Source of the DNA: a virus | IMG/VR virus record: IMGVR_UViG_3300001567_000262 | Location: 32,001-96,000 of that record | DNA: 64,000 nt | Direction: 5' to 3' (one strand) | In this document: positions 1-9,667 of the stretch, piece after piece | Numbering within the stretch: position 1 is the first letter of the stretch | Layout of the letters: the number at the start of each line of letters is the position of its first letter | Notes under the pieces: model-generated | Told to the model about the DNA's origin: nothing | Database searches by the model: none | What the model saw: the letters and a program-made list of their open reading frames with translations, nothing else | Made by a program: the position numbers and the translations under genes

Positions 1-147
1 AAAGACCGTTCCGGCGCGGAGTTGACCCGCTGGGTCATTCCGAAAGCATTCCCCGCAGCGTTTGAAACTGACGACTGGGATAACGAGTCCTCCGAGCACC
101 AGATCACCAAGCTGACGCTGGCGCACGAGGGATTCGAGAAAGAGTGA
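1..147 (+). CDS. Tail tube protein (T4 gp19-like), C-terminal fragment, 5' truncated
   Basis: Frame 1 translated by hand: KDRSGAELTRWVIPKAFPAAFETDDWDNESSEHQITKLTLAHEGFEKE*, stop TGA 145-147. Resembles the gp19-family C-terminal W..AWP...LELAHEG pattern. Confidence 0.75.
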   Translation, partial: KDRSGAELTRWVIPKAFPAAFETDDWDNESSEHQITKLTLAHEGFEKE

Positions 148-155
148 GGTGACGC

Positions 156-848
156 ATGGAACTTTATACCGAAAAAGTAACGCTGCCGTCCGGGCTTGAA
201 TGCACCATCCGGGAAATGACGGCGACCGAGGAAGGATTTCTCGCAAGTCCGAAGATGCTGAAATCCGGCGAGGCATTCGAGAAGATTCTCCGCAACTGTG
301 TGGTTGAGAAAGATGTCGACCTCGACAACCTGCTCGTGGGCGACCGCTATTACCTGATGCTTGCCATCCGCCGCATTACGTTCGGCGACTCCTACGACTT
401 CAAGGTCCGATGCGGCTCGTGCGGGCACACATTCAATGTCGACATCAATCTCGCGGAATTGCCGGTCAAGAAACTCGACGGCGACCCGGACGCGATGCAC
501 ACAATCACGCTGCCCCGCACCGGAAAGAAAGTCACGTTCCGGCTTCTGCGCGGCCGCGACGAGAAGAAAATCTCCACAACGCTCAGAAAAACACCGCAGG
601 AGATAATCCGGCTGTCGCTTCTCCTCCACACAATCGCCGTGGACGGGGATGAAAACTTCTCGGAGAGATTCTTTGAGACTCTGCCCGGCGCGGACTCGCA
701 GTTTTACCGGAAGGAGATCGACGCCGTAACGTGTGGCGTGGACACCGTCGTCGAGGCATCGTGCCCCGAGTGCGATGACGAATTCGACGTGCAGTTGCCC
801 ATCAATGAATATTTTTTCTTCCCCGGTACCCGGAAGAGCAAATCTTAG
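156..848 (+). CDS. Tail assembly chaperone / T4 gp26-like hub assembly protein
   Basis: 230 aa between tube and tape measure genes; two CxxC pairs (CGSC, CPEC); RBS GAGGTG. Confidence 0.75.
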   Translation: MELYTEKVTLPSGLECTIREMTATEEGFLASPKMLKSGEAFEKILRNCVVEKDVDLDNLLVGDRYYLMLAIRRITFGDSYDFKVRCGSCGHTFNVDINLAELPVKKLDGDPDAMHTITLPRTGKKVTFRLLRGRDEKKISTTLRKTPQEIIRLSLLLHTIAVDGDENFSERFFETLPGADSQFYRKEIDAVTCGVDTVVEASCPECDDEFDVQLPINEYFFFPGTRKSKS

Positions 849-1009
849 AGGAATCGTTCTTCCTCTGTTACGGACGCGGGCCGTTCAAGTCGCTTGAGGA
901 AGTCGAGCGGCTTCCGGCCCGGGTCCGGCAGTGGTTCGTGGAGCGGCTCTCCGACCAGTACCGTGAAGAGGAACGCCAGATGAAGAGCGCGGCGAGAAGG
1001 AAAAAATGA
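812..1009 (+). CDS. -1 frameshift extension of the tail assembly chaperone (gpGT-like)
   Basis: Slippery heptamer T TTT TTC at 812-818. The -1 frame is open to TGA 1007-1009 (FFLPRYPEEQILEESFFLCYGRGPFKSLEEVERLPARVRQWFVERLSDQYREEERQMKSAARRKK*) and overlaps the tape-measure ATG. Confidence 0.8.
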   Translation, partial: FFLPRYPEEQILEESFFLCYGRGPFKSLEEVERLPARVRQWFVERLSDQYREEERQMKSAARRKK

Positions 1010-4000
1010 ACAACTTCGGACTCGGCATACTCATACAGGCGAAGGATCAGGCGTCCGCCGTTTTTCAGAAAGTGGAACGTAATTTCGATTCACTTTCCAA
1101 GAAAAGCGACGAGATGGCTTCGCGTATGCAGGCGTCCTCTAAGGCGTTCTATGCCGGTATCGGCATGATGGGCGCTGGCGCGACAATGCTCGGTGGCGTC
1201 GCCGCGACGATAAAGGTGGCCGGTGACTTCCAGGAAGCGATGATCGGCGTGCAAAAGACATCCGGGATGACGGATGCGGAGATTAAAAAACTCGGCGACC
1301 GCTTTGTCGAGATGTCCTCGAAGATGCCGAACAGCGCGAAGGAACTCGCCAACATCGGTGAGATCGGTGGACAGCTCGGCATCAATGGCGTCGAGAACCT
1401 GTCCTCGTTCACGGACACGGTGGCGAAACTCGCGTCGGTGTCGGAATTCTCCGCAGAAGAAGGCGGCGCGGCGCTCGCGAAGATCGCCAATCAGTTCAAG
1501 ATTCCGATCAAGCAAGCCAAGAACATGGGCTCCGTTCTGAATGAGTTGTCGAACATCTCAACCGCCACCGCTCCGACGATTGCCGATCTGACAAGCCGCA
1601 TGGCCGGCGCGGGCGCGTCTCTCGGACTGACCATGCCTCAGATTTCCGCCATCGGCGCGGCGCTCACGGACATGGGTGTAAGTTCCGAAGTCGGCGGCAC
1701 CGCCATGTCGGACATGTTCATGGAGATGATGAAGCGCACGGACGAGTACGCGAAAGTTGCTGGCGTCTCCACTGCCGAGTTCAAACAGCTCATTGAAAAG
1801 GACGCCTACGGCGCGCTGACGAAGTTTGCGACGGGACTTCAGAAGTTCGACAAATTCCAGGTGGCGGACATGTTGACCGACCTCGGCATCGGCGGCGCCC
1901 GCGGAACAGATGTGCTGCTCAAACTGGTCGAGGCGAACAAGTCCGTCAACGGACAGCAGTCTCTTCTTGGCCGGTTCGTGGATACGTCCAACAAGGCTTT
2001 CAAAGAAGGCGTGTCGCTTCAGAAGGAATATGACAACTCACTCAAGGGAATGAACGCGCAGCTCAAAATCGCGTGGAACTCCGTCGTCGCGCTCGCCATC
2101 GACATCGGACAGCAGATGGTGCCTTATGTGACGAAAGCAGCAAAAGCGGTTTCATCGTTCGTTCAGGGCATGAAGAAATGGTCGAAGGAACACCCCGGCG
2201 CGTTGCGTGGGATTGTTTTGATCGTAGCGGCACTCGGCGGTCTGCTTTTAATCGGCGGCGCAATCCTCACGTTTCTCGGCGCGCTCGGAATGCTGTCGGT
2301 CGGTCTTGCCTCTCTTCCCATGGCTGCGGGCGCACTCGGCGGCGTGGTGGCTGCGATCTGGCCTATCGTAACCGGCGTCGCGGCGGTAATCGCCATCGGG
2401 TATCTGCTGTACAAAGCCTGGACGACCAACTTCATGGGAATTCGGGATATCGTTCTGCCGATTCTCCAAAGCCTGAAAGCGGGATTCTCTTCATTCATGA
2501 AAGCGCACGGAGACACAGTTATGGCGTTCGTAAGCGTCGCTGGAAAAGTTGTTTTTGCGATCATGGCGATATCCGGCGCGATACGCATTGTGCGCGGCGT
2601 GATCTCAACGGCTACAACCGTGTGGCGCACAGGCGCAATGGCCGTGCGTTTCCTTTATTTCAGCTTCCAGATGGCACGCGCTTATGCCTCCTATTACAGC
2701 CAGGCGATTCTCTCCGCGATGCGGAACACGCTGGCGTTTGCCCGGAGCGCCGTCACTTCCGCCGTTCAAGGCCTGAAGCGTTTTGCTATCTCTCTCGCGT
2801 CCGCAGTCCGGCAAGCGGCATTGTTTGCGATTTCTCTTGCACGCCAAGCCGTAGCAGCGGTTGCTTCGTTCGCTACATCTCTCATTACCGGCGCGGTTAC
2901 GGCCATCGGGACGTTCGCCGCCGCGCTCGTTCCCGCCATCGCCGGGGCATGGGCTTTCACTGCCGCGCTTCTCGCAAACCCGATTACATGGATTGTTCTC
3001 GCCATTGTCGCGCTGATCGTCATCATCATTCTGCTCGTGAAAAATTGGGACAAGGTGAAGGCGGTCGTCATCCGTGTGTGGAATGCCGTTGTGGAATGGA
3101 TCAGAGGCGCGGTGGCGAAGATAAAGACTTTCTTTGCCGGAATCTATCAGGCGGTCGTGGACGCCTTTTCCCGTGCATGGGTGTGGTTAAAAGGATTCAT
3201 TATAAAATGGTGGCCGTTCATCCTCGGCGTTTGCACGGGCGGCATCGGGCTTCTCATCGGACTCATCATTCAGAACTGGGGCAAGATCATGGCGTTCCTT
3301 CAGGGAATCGGCATGGCGGTCTCTAACTGGATAAACGGCGTGGTGAACTGGATCAGGATGCGATGGGATGCTCTCAAGATGGCCGTGATTTTTATATGGC
3401 AGTCCATCCAGAATGCCATCTCTTGGGTGATCAATACGGTGCGGAATATCGTGTCCGGCGTGATTACGACGATTCAGTTCCGGTGGCAGCAGTTCCGAGG
3501 CGTTGTCGCCGGAGTTTGGAATTCCATCTCCGCGACGGTGTCAGGAGTGGTCGCGGGCATTCAGTCCCGCGTGCAGGCAGTGATTACATTTATCACCGGT
3601 CTTTGGAACGGACTGAAAGCCGCCGTTGCCGGTGTGTGGGATTCCATCGTCGGACAAATCAGCGGAGCTGTCGCCCGGATCAGGGCGAAACTCATCGGGC
3701 TTATTCCTGACTGGCTTCGCACCGCGCTGAGTTATATCGGGATAAACATTCCTTCGGCTCCGAAAGAAAAAGGGGAAGGCTACGCGACCGGCGGATACGT
3801 TGCGAAAACAGGCGGCATATCGGCGACGCTCCATCAGGGCGAGGTCATTACCCCCGCTCCTGCGGTCCAGAAAATCGTCCGTTTCGCGGACATGATTCCC
3901 GCTTCAGGTATCGCCCGCACACAGCCGAACGCGCCAGCGGCGATGACCGTCAGCAACCATATCTCGATCAGTCTTCCGAATGTGAAAGAGATTGACAGGG

Positions 4001-4119
4001 CGAGCGTCGAGGAACTGGCAAATCTGATTATCAAGAAACTCGAATACATGCAGAAGCGAAAACGCGAAGCCGGTTTCTCGAACGATTTCAATCCCTCTCT
4101 GGCGGTGGCACGTACATGA
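1006..4119 (+). CDS. Tail tape measure protein (TP901-like core)
   Basis: 1037 aa, Ala/Gly-rich, hydrophobic middle, periodic Trp repeats, LLANPITWIVLAIVALI motif, C-terminal GYATGG. Confidence 0.92.
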   Translation: MNNFGLGILIQAKDQASAVFQKVERNFDSLSKKSDEMASRMQASSKAFYAGIGMMGAGATMLGGVAATIKVAGDFQEAMIGVQKTSGMTDAEIKKLGDRFVEMSSKMPNSAKELANIGEIGGQLGINGVENLSSFTDTVAKLASVSEFSAEEGGAALAKIANQFKIPIKQAKNMGSVLNELSNISTATAPTIADLTSRMAGAGASLGLTMPQISAIGAALTDMGVSSEVGGTAMSDMFMEMMKRTDEYAKVAGVSTAEFKQLIEKDAYGALTKFATGLQKFDKFQVADMLTDLGIGGARGTDVLLKLVEANKSVNGQQSLLGRFVDTSNKAFKEGVSLQKEYDNSLKGMNAQLKIAWNSVVALAIDIGQQMVPYVTKAAKAVSSFVQGMKKWSKEHPGALRGIVLIVAALGGLLLIGGAILTFLGALGMLSVGLASLPMAAGALGGVVAAIWPIVTGVAAVIAIGYLLYKAWTTNFMGIRDIVLPILQSLKAGFSSFMKAHGDTVMAFVSVAGKVVFAIMAISGAIRIVRGVISTATTVWRTGAMAVRFLYFSFQMARAYASYYSQAILSAMRNTLAFARSAVTSAVQGLKRFAISLASAVRQAALFAISLARQAVAAVASFATSLITGAVTAIGTFAAALVPAIAGAWAFTAALLANPITWIVLAIVALIVIIILLVKNWDKVKAVVIRVWNAVVEWIRGAVAKIKTFFAGIYQAVVDAFSRAWVWLKGFIIKWWPFILGVCTGGIGLLIGLIIQNWGKIMAFLQGIGMAVSNWINGVVNWIRMRWDALKMAVIFIWQSIQNAISWVINTVRNIVSGVITTIQFRWQQFRGVVAGVWNSISATVSGVVAGIQSRVQAVITFITGLWNGLKAAVAGVWDSIVGQISGAVARIRAKLIGLIPDWLRTALSYIGINIPSAPKEKGEGYATGGYVAKTGGISATLHQGEVITPAPAVQKIVRFADMIPASGIARTQPNAPAAMTVSNHISISLPNVKEIDRASVEELANLIIKKLEYMQKRKREAGFSNDFNPSLAVART

Positions 4120-4637
4120 GCAACACGATCAGCTCAATACCGACGCCGGACAAGGGTTTCCTCTATTCATCGGAGGGTGGCGTTGTCCTGGACTTCTCCG
4201 TGAATCCGGCGCAGCTCCAGCGGCAGGAACAGTCGACATTCAACACGAGTCTGTCTCCAGGAGCGCCGGGCGCGTTCGTGCAATATACCGGCGGCGGGGA
4301 ACGGAATGTGACGTTCGAACTCGTTCTCGACGCCATCGGAACCAAGGCCGGACAAGGTGGCGTCCAGCGGGAAATTTCGATCCTTGAAGCATTCACATAC
4401 CCGGACACGAACGATCTGGTCAACGCGCAGTTCGTGCCGCCGCCACGGGCACTGCTCGGCATCGGCACTCGTATCTGGGAAGGATACGTCTCGCAGATTC
4501 AGTTCACGGAAGAGCGGTTCAACGTCCGCATGGAACCGGTTTATGTGAAAGCGCAGGTCACGTTCACGCTGGACATGTGGAAAAACTCGACAAGCCAGCG
4601 GATGCACCAGACGCGACGCCAGAATCTCGGAAGGTAA
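4116..4637 (+). CDS. Tail tube initiator / CIS tube-like protein
   Basis: FSVNPAQL...VQYTGGGERNVTFELVLD...PPPRALLGIG...FTEERFNVRMEPVYVKAQVTF pattern, directly after the tape measure gene. Confidence 0.75.
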   Translation: MSNTISSIPTPDKGFLYSSEGGVVLDFSVNPAQLQRQEQSTFNTSLSPGAPGAFVQYTGGGERNVTFELVLDAIGTKAGQGGVQREISILEAFTYPDTNDLVNAQFVPPPRALLGIGTRIWEGYVSQIQFTEERFNVRMEPVYVKAQVTFTLDMWKNSTSQRMHQTRRQNLGR

Positions 4638-4927
4638 TGATGAGCGTTTTTGAAGGTTCCAGATACGAGAAAGTGTTCGTTTACACGAGACGGTTCCGGG
4701 ACTTCGTTCGGAACACGCTCACGTTCCGTGAAATCGACCGAGAGATACCGGATGGAAGCATTCTGCACACCGTGACCGAGACCGACCGGATAGACAACAT
4801 CAGTTATCAGTATTACGGAACGCCGGATTATTGGTGGTACATCGTCGATAAGAATCCGGGCGTGGACCCGCTCGATCTTCCGGTCGGAAAACAGTTGTGG
4901 ATTCCGCCGCTTCCGCAGGAGCAATGA
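4637..4927 (+). CDS. LysM / tail protein X-like baseplate component
   Basis: HTVTETDRIDNISYQYYGTPDYWWYIVDKNP..DPLDLPVGKQLWIP is LysM-like. Start moved to the TAATG overlap at 4637. Confidence 0.85.
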   Translation: MMSVFEGSRYEKVFVYTRRFRDFVRNTLTFREIDREIPDGSILHTVTETDRIDNISYQYYGTPDYWWYIVDKNPGVDPLDLPVGKQLWIPPLPQEQ

Positions 4928-4928
4928 A

Positions 4929-5762
4929 ATGACCGTCGTAAACGTCACATCCGCATCCTTCGCGTCGCCGCACTTCGAGATCACGTTCGGCTCGCACTCG
5001 CTTTCGCCTGAAGAGACGTCGCTTGTAACCGATGTCGAGATTAAGGATGAAGTCGAGGAGAAAGACACGGCAACCGTAACCGTTAACGACCCGTTCTTTC
5101 AGTTCCAGAAACTGGCGGCAAAAGGAATGTCGGTTCGTATCGTTGCGGGTTACTTCATGGGAAAGACAAAGGAATTCATCGGCGAGGTGTCCGGCCTCAC
5201 GCCGCAGTTCCCGGAATCGGGACTCCCGTCACTTTCCATCGAATGCTCGGCAAAGTCGAAAAAAGGCCACGAAGGACAGACGAACAAATCGTGGAAAAAG
5301 ATGAAACGCTCCGAGATCGCAAAAAAGATCGCCGGGAAACACGGATGGAAGCCCGACGTTGATGAAACGAAAGAAATCGTAGAGCAGGAATCACAGGCCG
5401 GAGAATCGGACGTGGACTTCCTTCGCAAGATGGCGAGGAAGGAAAACTTCACCTTCCGGGTCAAGGGAAACACGATGCAGTTTAAAAAAGCGCCCAACCT
5501 CGATGATCAGTCGCCAGTCGCGGTGTTCGATTACCGGATCGGGAACCATACGGTGAAAAGCTTCTCGCCCCGATACGCGAGTGACGAGACCGGCAAGGAT
5601 GTTGAGGGCGCGTCGATAAACAACAAATCAAAAAAGACCGTCAAAACAAAAAGCAAAACAAGCGTCGCCAAGCCGCAAGGAACAAAGGACAGCGGCACGG
5701 TGAACCGGGGCAAGTCAGAAACGCTCTTCCCGTCCGAAAAGGCAAACGCGAGGAAATCCTGA
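4929..5762 (+). CDS. Baseplate hub (late control D / gp44-like), N-terminal part
   Basis: GESDVDFLRKMARKENFTFRVKGNTMQF motif and position after LysM. Lacks the usual C-terminal beta domain. Confidence 0.75.
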   Translation: MTVVNVTSASFASPHFEITFGSHSLSPEETSLVTDVEIKDEVEEKDTATVTVNDPFFQFQKLAAKGMSVRIVAGYFMGKTKEFIGEVSGLTPQFPESGLPSLSIECSAKSKKGHEGQTNKSWKKMKRSEIAKKIAGKHGWKPDVDETKEIVEQESQAGESDVDFLRKMARKENFTFRVKGNTMQFKKAPNLDDQSPVAVFDYRIGNHTVKSFSPRYASDETGKDVEGASINNKSKKTVKTKSKTSVAKPQGTKDSGTVNRGKSETLFPSEKANARKS

Positions 5763-5763
5763 A

Positions 5764-6255
5764 ATGCTGCCAGTCGAACCACATGGCGTTTCAAATAAAG
5801 ACGCAATTCCGAAAGCTCCCAAGGGCGGCGCTATTTCCGGTGTGGGCACGGGCGGCGGCAAAAACAAAGTCGAGACCACTCATTATTTAAAGGACAACGA
5901 GATCGGCGGCGCGCTGCCGGACACACAGGAAGGACTCGACTCCGCATCAGGCGCGAAACATTACAAGAATGAAAAGGCAATGGAAGGCTCGCTCACACTC
6001 GTTCGGGGTTTCCCGCAGATTAATGCCGGGGACAAAATCACGATCCTCGGCGTCGGGCCGGTATTCTCCGGCGCTTGGATAGTGAAAACACATACGCTGA
6101 AAGTCTCGCAGGACGGATGCCAGAGCACGCTCGAACTCACACGCAACGCGGTCGGAAATTCCGGCGGCGGGTCTGAAACCGGTGGCGGGTTCGAGACGGA
6201 CAAGAAGAAGACGCAGAACACGCCGCTCAAAGGCGATAACTTTTCGGAGATGTGA
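5764..6255 (+). CDS. Baseplate hub, C-terminal part (separate ORF or frameshifted continuation)
   Basis: GSLTLVRGFPQINAGDKITILGVGPVFSGAWIVKTHTLKVSQDGCQSTLELTRNA is the typical hub C-terminus. It lies in the +1 frame relative to the upstream ORF, and that frame is open from 5704. Confidence 0.7.
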   Translation: MLPVEPHGVSNKDAIPKAPKGGAISGVGTGGGKNKVETTHYLKDNEIGGALPDTQEGLDSASGAKHYKNEKAMEGSLTLVRGFPQINAGDKITILGVGPVFSGAWIVKTHTLKVSQDGCQSTLELTRNAVGNSGGGSETGGGFETDKKKTQNTPLKGDNFSEM

Positions 6256-6256
6256 C

Positions 6257-7189
6257 ATGCCGTCGTTTGTTGGGAAATATCGCGGGATCGTCGAGGACAA
6301 CAAGGACCCGGAACATCGGGGACGCTTGAAGTGCAAGTGCCCGCAGGTGTTCGGTGATGAAGTCCTGGACTGGGCGCTCCCGTGCGTGCCTTACGGCGGG
6401 GATTCCGGCACCGGGTTCTTTTCCATCCCTAAGAAGGGATCGTCCGTATGGCTCGAGTTCGAGCAAGGTGACGCAAACAGGCCGGTCTGGGTCGGCGTGT
6501 GGTGGGCAGCGCCGGAGGATAAGACCGAGACGGCGGACGTCACGCACAAAAAGGAAAAGCAATCGTCTGGTCCGTGGGACGAAGCCGAGACCGGTGATGC
6601 GAAGCGGGATGTTCCAGACAACCATGCATGGCAAACGAAATCCGGCCACAGGATCGAACTCGATGACACCGATGGCCAGACGAAGATAAAGATTACCGAC
6701 CGCAAGGGACAGCACATCATGATCCGGTCGGAGGACGGTAAAGAAAAAATATATATGAAGGACGCCGCGGATAATCGATTTCTGCTCGATGCCACATCCG
6801 GCAAGCGCCGCATCCTCATGCAGGACGGCGCTGGAAGCGCGGTTCTCTTGGATTCGGAAAAAGGCGACGTCTACATCGCATCCGCAAAAGACTTGTCCCT
6901 TCTCGCCGGTGAAAACCTTTACATCGGATGCAAAAGCAACCGCGAGGAAACGGTCGGCGGCAATCACAATGTCTCGGTCATGGGAAGCGGCGACTGGGAT
7001 GTCGCCGGCGCGCTAAAGCTGGCGAAGTCTTCCGGCGATGTAAATATCGCAAGCGGAAGCAAAGCGGCAGCACGAACCGACGACCAGCTCGCGGCCGCGA
7101 CGGAAACTGCTGGCGGTTCCGCGCCACATTCACACGGTCTGTCTTCCGGCAAAGTCGGCCAGGGTTCATCGAAAGTGAAAATCGGGTGA
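6257..7189 (+). CDS. Central spike (gpV / gp5 / VgrG-like)
   Basis: GKYRGIVEDNKDPEHRGRLK...FFSIPKKGSSVWLEFEQGDANRPVWVG OB-fold signature, beta-helix repeats and a C-terminal HSH. Start at ATG 6257. Confidence 0.9.
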   Translation: MPSFVGKYRGIVEDNKDPEHRGRLKCKCPQVFGDEVLDWALPCVPYGGDSGTGFFSIPKKGSSVWLEFEQGDANRPVWVGVWWAAPEDKTETADVTHKKEKQSSGPWDEAETGDAKRDVPDNHAWQTKSGHRIELDDTDGQTKIKITDRKGQHIMIRSEDGKEKIYMKDAADNRFLLDATSGKRRILMQDGAGSAVLLDSEKGDVYIASAKDLSLLAGENLYIGCKSNREETVGGNHNVSVMGSGDWDVAGALKLAKSSGDVNIASGSKAAARTDDQLAAATETAGGSAPHSHGLSSGKVGQGSSKVKIG

Positions 7190-7193
7190 TCGC

Positions 7194-7715
7194 ATGAGTT
7201 CTTGCACTGACAACTTGAAAGATTTCCTCGGCGACGAGTTGAAATCCAAACTCGGCGATGTCCTCAAAGACGCGACCGACAGTTCGCCTCTGGGACTCGC
7301 CCAAAAAGCCCTCGGGCAGGCGCAGAAACTTCAGGACACAAAATCCGTCGTGTCTCAGGGAATACAGTCTTTCAAGCAACGGGTAGGATTACCCGCTGGC
7401 CGTATGGACGGACTCGGCGGTCTCAATCTCGGCGAAATAAAACAGAAAGCCGATGCTCTTAAAGCCAAGGCGCAGGAAGTGCAAAATAAAATCGCGGACT
7501 TTCAATCGCAGTTTCCCGGATGCGCACTCGATCTCGACATCATGCAGACGATCAACACGGTCGCATCCATCGACACAAATCTTGATCCCATGAGCATGAT
7601 CGACACGTCAAAACTCGACGGGGAAATAGCCGATGCGCAGTCGAAGATCGAGGAAGCCACGGACATGCAGGCCCAGTCGGCGCGGCTTCAGGATATGTTC
7701 GGAGTGTCATTATGA
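7194..7715 (+). CDS. Hypothetical helical protein in the baseplate operon
   Basis: 173 aa ORF that fills the gap and overlaps the gp25 gene; no motif recognised. Confidence 0.6.
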   Translation: MSSCTDNLKDFLGDELKSKLGDVLKDATDSSPLGLAQKALGQAQKLQDTKSVVSQGIQSFKQRVGLPAGRMDGLGGLNLGEIKQKADALKAKAQEVQNKIADFQSQFPGCALDLDIMQTINTVASIDTNLDPMSMIDTSKLDGEIADAQSKIEEATDMQAQSARLQDMFGVSL

Positions 7716-8101
7716 ATCTGGGATATCGAGGCATTTCATTTCCGTTTCGTTTCAACGGCCTTGGGTCGGTAGCTTCAAGCACTGTTGAGACGGGCAACCC
7801 GGCGCACATCCTTGAGAGTATCCGCCAGATCATCGGCACGCGCCGGGGCGACCGCGTCATGCGACCGGAGTTCGGAGCCGACGCGGACAATCTGGTTTTT
7901 TCGCCGCAGTCCAATTCAGGTATCCGTATCGCAACGCACAATATCGGCCAGCAGATACTCCGGTGGGAAAAGCGCGTCGATCTTCAGAAGGTTGAAATCA
8001 CCCGTATCGAAGACCTCGAAGCCGAGATAAATCTCGATGTCAAAATCAAAGTCACACGCGAGACAGAAGAAATGAAAATACCGATGAAGAAGGAAGACTG
8101 A
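7712..8101 (+). CDS. Baseplate wedge / sheath initiator (gp25/gpW family)
   Basis: ILESIRQIIGTRRGDRVMRPEFG...ILRWEKRV signature. Confidence 0.92.
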   Translation: MNLGYRGISFPFRFNGLGSVASSTVETGNPAHILESIRQIIGTRRGDRVMRPEFGADADNLVFSPQSNSGIRIATHNIGQQILRWEKRVDLQKVEITRIEDLEAEINLDVKIKVTRETEEMKIPMKKED

Positions 8102-8103
8102 TC

Positions 8104-9591
8104 ATGCCGGAACTCGATGTCAGCCGTCTCGTAAATTTCTCGAAGCAGATAGACTACACCAGCCTGGACTGGCTTTCATTCCTATCCGACATGGTGGATA
8201 AGATTCCACAGCTCACGCCGGAATGGACGGATTACACCCCGTCTGATCAGGGCATGGTGGTTCTCGAACTGGTGTCTTTCATCCTCGACGCTCTTTCCTA
8301 CCGGTGTGACGTGATCGCAAACGAGGCGTACATTCAGACCGCCGTTCTGCGGAAGTCCGTTCTGAACCTTGCCAAGATGATCGATTACACCCCGGCGCCC
8401 GCTGTTTCGGCTGTCACTGATTTAATGTTTACGATAACGCCACAGACGATTGATTTTGTGATCCCCGCGGGAATGCAGGTTTCCACCCAGCCGACCGGCG
8501 TTGAGGAAAGTTATGCGTTCGAGACGTTTGACGACCTCACGATTCCTCCCGGACAGACAACCGGAACTGTCGCCGCGATTGAGGGAGAAACAAAACGTGA
8601 AATCCTCGGCAGCAGCACGGGGCTCCCGGCGCAGTTCTTTGAACTGAGTTTTAAGCCGCTCTCCTACGCGCCGGACGGCACATGCTCGCTTGAGGTCTAT
8701 GTCACGGAGAACGGTATCGAAGAACGATGGCCTCTGGTGCAGTCGCTTCTCGACAGCAAGCCGTCTGAAAAACACTATGAAATCGAGACGGACGAGAACG
8801 ATGTTGTTACGGTGAACTTCGGCGACAACCAGAACGGAAAAATCCCCGCTCCGGGTACGAACAACGTCCGTGCCGTTTATCGTGTCGGCGGCGGCGCGCA
8901 TGGGAATGTCGGCGCGAACAAGATAAACCGGATGGTGTCGAACATCTCCGAAGTGTCGTCCGTAACGAATCCGCTTCCTGCGGTTGGCGGTGTGGACAGA
9001 GAGACAGTTGAAGGAATCAAGCGAATGGCACCGAGAATGCTCCGCACGCTCTGGCGCGCGGTGACCGCCGAGGATTACAAAACGCTGGCGGAAGTCCTGC
9101 CTGGAGTTGCGAAAGCCACGGTTCTGTGCGCACCGCCCGGACAGGCGGCATATTGGGGACAGGTGAATCTTTACATCGCGCCTGAAGGCGGCGGACTTCC
9201 GACGGCGGAACTCAAACACATGGTCGAGGAATACTTCGCCGATAGGGAGATGCTGACGGCGACGACGGTTGTGTTCGATCCGGTCTATGTGCCGGTGAAC
9301 GTCTCTCTTGAAGTCGCGGTGAAAGAGAACTACATGCGGCTCGATATTGAGAACCTCGTGCGGGAAGCCGTGCGGAACTTCTTTAATTTCCCCAACGTGG
9401 ACTTCGGGCAATGTGTGTTTATGAGTGATCTCGTTTCATCCGTGGACGCCATCGAGGGTGTGCGGTATGTGAATCTTACGCTTCTTACCCGCGATGCCGC
9501 CGGAGTTAGCAATGTCATAATTGCGGCGAATGAAGTGCCGCAACTCGGAGTGCTGGCAATTGATTCTTTTGGAGGCATTGAAGAGTTGTAA
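8104..9591 (+). CDS. Baseplate J/gp47-like wedge protein
   Basis: IDYTSLDW...WTDYTPSDQGMVVLEL, FGDNQNGKIP, AVGGVDRETVE and RAVTAEDY motifs. Confidence 0.92.
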   Translation: MPELDVSRLVNFSKQIDYTSLDWLSFLSDMVDKIPQLTPEWTDYTPSDQGMVVLELVSFILDALSYRCDVIANEAYIQTAVLRKSVLNLAKMIDYTPAPAVSAVTDLMFTITPQTIDFVIPAGMQVSTQPTGVEESYAFETFDDLTIPPGQTTGTVAAIEGETKREILGSSTGLPAQFFELSFKPLSYAPDGTCSLEVYVTENGIEERWPLVQSLLDSKPSEKHYEIETDENDVVTVNFGDNQNGKIPAPGTNNVRAVYRVGGGAHGNVGANKINRMVSNISEVSSVTNPLPAVGGVDRETVEGIKRMAPRMLRTLWRAVTAEDYKTLAEVLPGVAKATVLCAPPGQAAYWGQVNLYIAPEGGGLPTAELKHMVEEYFADREMLTATTVVFDPVYVPVNVSLEVAVKENYMRLDIENLVREAVRNFFNFPNVDFGQCVFMSDLVSSVDAIEGVRYVNLTLLTRDAAGVSNVIIAANEVPQLGVLAIDSFGGIEEL

Positions 9592-9603
9592 GCAGATAAT
9601 AAA

Positions 9604-9667
9604 AGTCCGGCAGTATTGACGCTTCGAGCCCGGTAACCAGCCCGGTAGCATCGAATCCAAGCCCGGT
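9604..9667 (+). repeat. Three AGCCCGGT direct repeats plus one degenerate copy
   Basis: AGCCCGGT at 9627-9634, 9639-9646 and 9660-9667; AGTCCGGC at 9604-9611. Confidence 0.7.

Noticed and set aside
2073-3326. 417-aa alternative-frame ORF and the many other nested or antisense ORFs in the track
   Set aside because: Arg/His/Cys-rich off-frame composition, fully overlapping well-supported genes; typical shadow ORFs of GC-rich DNA.
9616-9651. Sigma-70 promoter TTGACG...TAGCAT before the fibre module
   Set aside because: The spacer is 24 nt, too long, and there is no acceptable -10 at 16-18 nt.
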